Of a stretch of DNA of 64,000 bases, positions 62,217-64,000 are shown one piece after another. This DNA is from a phage, in the sequence record PZ402300.1; one strand, written 5' to 3'. The notes beneath the pieces are model-generated. The model saw only the letters and a list, made by a program, of their open reading frames with translations. It searched no databases and was not told where the DNA came from. The position numbers and the translations under genes are program-made. The first letter of the stretch is position 1; the number at the start of each line of letters is the position of its first letter.

Positions 62217-62824
62217 AATCATGTACAGTCATTACAGGGAATGGCTTCTTAGGTAAAGTATTGAGCATAGTCAGGATTACATCTGTATCAACCAATGCAA
62301 TGGTTTCTGAGTCCAGATAATCAAAGATACGGGTAGACAGAAAGCCTGATTTCTCATAGCTAGCCCACAGTGTATTAACCGTTTCATGACTAGCACCAGG
62401 GACAACTATGTATTCACCAGTTCCTTCACAGAGGGACTTAATATAGTTCACCTGGTTCACGTTGAAGTTACAACGACGCAGCATCTCACGTACCACCATC
62501 CCATCAATAGAGTGAGTGATGTTAGCAGAGAGCATACGGGTCTTCTCTTCAGTACCCTGAACCATACGAGTGATGTCGAATGGCTTACCTAAGAAGTTAA
62601 CAGTCTGTACTTCAGGAACCATGACCTTAATGACAGCATGGAAGTTGTCAGGAAGTACCCATACGTAACGGTTAGCATCAGGATTACCACATTGCAGTAA
62701 GAACTTGTTAAGTGCCCAAGGACCACTAGCAACAGTTTCCATTACATTCTCAAAAGTCTTGAGACGAATACCTTCACCGAATACTTCTTTAGGCTTGGCT
62801 TCTGAGCCGTAGAATGCAGTCATA
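62217..62824 (-). CDS. T7-like single-subunit RNA polymerase, exon 2 (motif B to catalytic HD)
   Basis: MTAFYGS aligns with T7 MTLAYGS; ends PVMTVHD aligning with T7 FALIHD; UAA stop sits at the junction. Confidence 0.65.
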
Positions 62825-63631
62825 CATTATGTTCAAGGGAGGTCGTTAGTCTCCCCCAGCAGCTTTACCTGCATCTCACTGTTACCAGTGAGTTCGGACT
62901 ATATCATCTAGACTGATAGTCTAGCCGGGCGCTTCGACCCACTTGGGCCTACTCTACTAAGTTCAGCTTTCGCTGCTTTTCGATAGTCTCTGCACCTTTT
63001 GGTTATTCAAAACAGCATCACACATATCAATAAAGTCATTGGTTGAGAGGTCACCCTTTGCTCGGTTTACACACCAAGCTAACCATTGAACATTACCAAT
63101 ACTGTATCCTTTACTTGGTTCTATCTGATCTAGTGATAGACACAAAGGATGCCCCGATTCAATTACTAAGGTTGCTCCAGTTAAAGCACATTTAAATTCC
63201 TGTGATTTAAGGATTTCAAATAAATACTCTACTGTACAATCTGGCATAGGCTTACCAAACTTTTTACACCGACTTCTTGCATCCTTTAGTCTATGGGAGA
63301 CTGCGGAATACCATTTACGGTGTTCTTTTGGTATTGCTTTACGAACTCCAGTTCCATTGTAACCTGGGTTCTTTTTACGCCATTCACGAGCTACAGCAGC
63401 CTTACAGGGTCTGCAACGATTCTCGTAATTAGTTTTGAATCCTGTGAGTGATTTTTTAGTCTCTGGGAATACTTCGATAGGAAGTAATTTTTTACATCGA
63501 CTACATGTTTTGAATTCTGACATAGAATGCTCCTTATTGAACTTTCTACGCTACCAACTTGGCTCATGATTGTCCACTAGGGATGTTCCATGAGTTCACC
63601 CGGTTTTAAGGCCGCCATGACTTAAAGGTTA
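62825..63631 (-). mobile_element. group I intron 1 with HNH homing endonuclease ORF
   Basis: P1: exon AGGCCGU pairs with GCGGCCU (63615-63609); P10 GUCAU/AUGAC; P gaactcatgg, Q caatcatgagcc, R 62996-62981, S 62908-62894; last nt G. Confidence 0.7.
62963..63523 (-). CDS. HNH-family homing endonuclease (intron-encoded)
   Basis: N-terminal CxxC...CxxC; C-terminal SLDQI..GY..GNVQWLAWCVNRAK motif; AAGGAG RBS. Confidence 0.65.
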   Translation of the reverse strand: MSEFKTCSRCKKLLPIEVFPETKKSLTGFKTNYENRCRPCKAAVAREWRKKNPGYNGTGVRKAIPKEHRKWYSAVSHRLKDARSRCKKFGKPMPDCTVEYLFEILKSQEFKCALTGATLVIESGHPLCLSLDQIEPSKGYSIGNVQWLAWCVNRAKGDLSTNDFIDMCDAVLNNQKVQRLSKSSES

Positions 63632-64000
63632 ACGGCCTGCTTAGTGTCACTACGCTTAATACGTGATGCTTCACCAAGGATGTCCAGCATCTTGTGATAG
63701 ATAACTGTATAGGCATCACGGCGTAATGGCTTACCATTCTCATCCATGTAGTTAACTACGTTACACAGTTCAGCAGCAGAGCGGTCACCAGTCAGACAGG
63801 CCAGTAACTGTAAGCCTGATGATGTAGCATCCAGAGCTACAGCATAACCAATAGGCTTACCTGCTTTCATATCTTTCCATGCATTTACACCTGCAAAGAA
63901 CAGAGCAGAATCCTCTGCTTCATCTACCAGATTAAGCAGGTTAGCTTCATTCTCATCGAACCAGGCAATACGTTCATCCCATGTCTTTTTATCTAAGCCA
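63632..64000 (-). CDS. T7-like single-subunit RNA polymerase, exon 1 (partial; continues beyond window end)
   Basis: LDATSSGLQLLA aligns with T7 FDGSCSGIQHFSA; RSDTKQAV aligns with T7 RSVTKRSV. Confidence 0.65.

Noticed and set aside
62215-62823. 202-aa ORF ending exactly at the catalytic HD followed by a stop, which could be read as a complete small gene
   Set aside because: It aligns to an internal segment of T7-like RNA polymerase and is flanked by group I intron cores; it is an exon.

Overview
This window reads as a podovirus of the N4-like type (Schitoviridae-like), called from gene content and order alone; no database search was possible. Positions 1-32175 are a plus-strand late/structural module: terminase, tail and tailspike genes, a lysis cassette, portal, scaffold-like protein, major capsid protein, several virion proteins and a ~3470-aa virion RNA polymerase. 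Positions 32208-64000 are a minus-strand early/replication module: SSB-like protein, RuvC-like resolvase, ATPase, primase-like protein, family-A DNA polymerase, SF1 helicase, rIIA/rIIB-like proteins, ThyX, dCTP deaminase, a VWA/AAA pair and a T7-like RNA polymerase gene. The two modules are separated by a ~2.4 kb non-coding region (33157-35600) holding tRNA genes, tRNA-like elements, direct repeats and hairpins. The most notable observation is that the T7-like RNA polymerase gene at the right end is interrupted by two group I introns, each carrying an HNH homing endonuclease gene; both introns show recognisable P, Q, R and S core elements with compensatory changes between them. Second, a perfect 77-bp tandem duplication frameshifts a beta-helix tailspike gene. 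Third, the tRNA region contains two tRNAs with unusual anticodon arms plus tRNA-like elements of non-canonical length. All product calls are from motifs and synteny read by eye, and starts were adjusted where a Shine-Dalgarno sequence supported an internal ATG over a TTG/GTG start in the ORF track.
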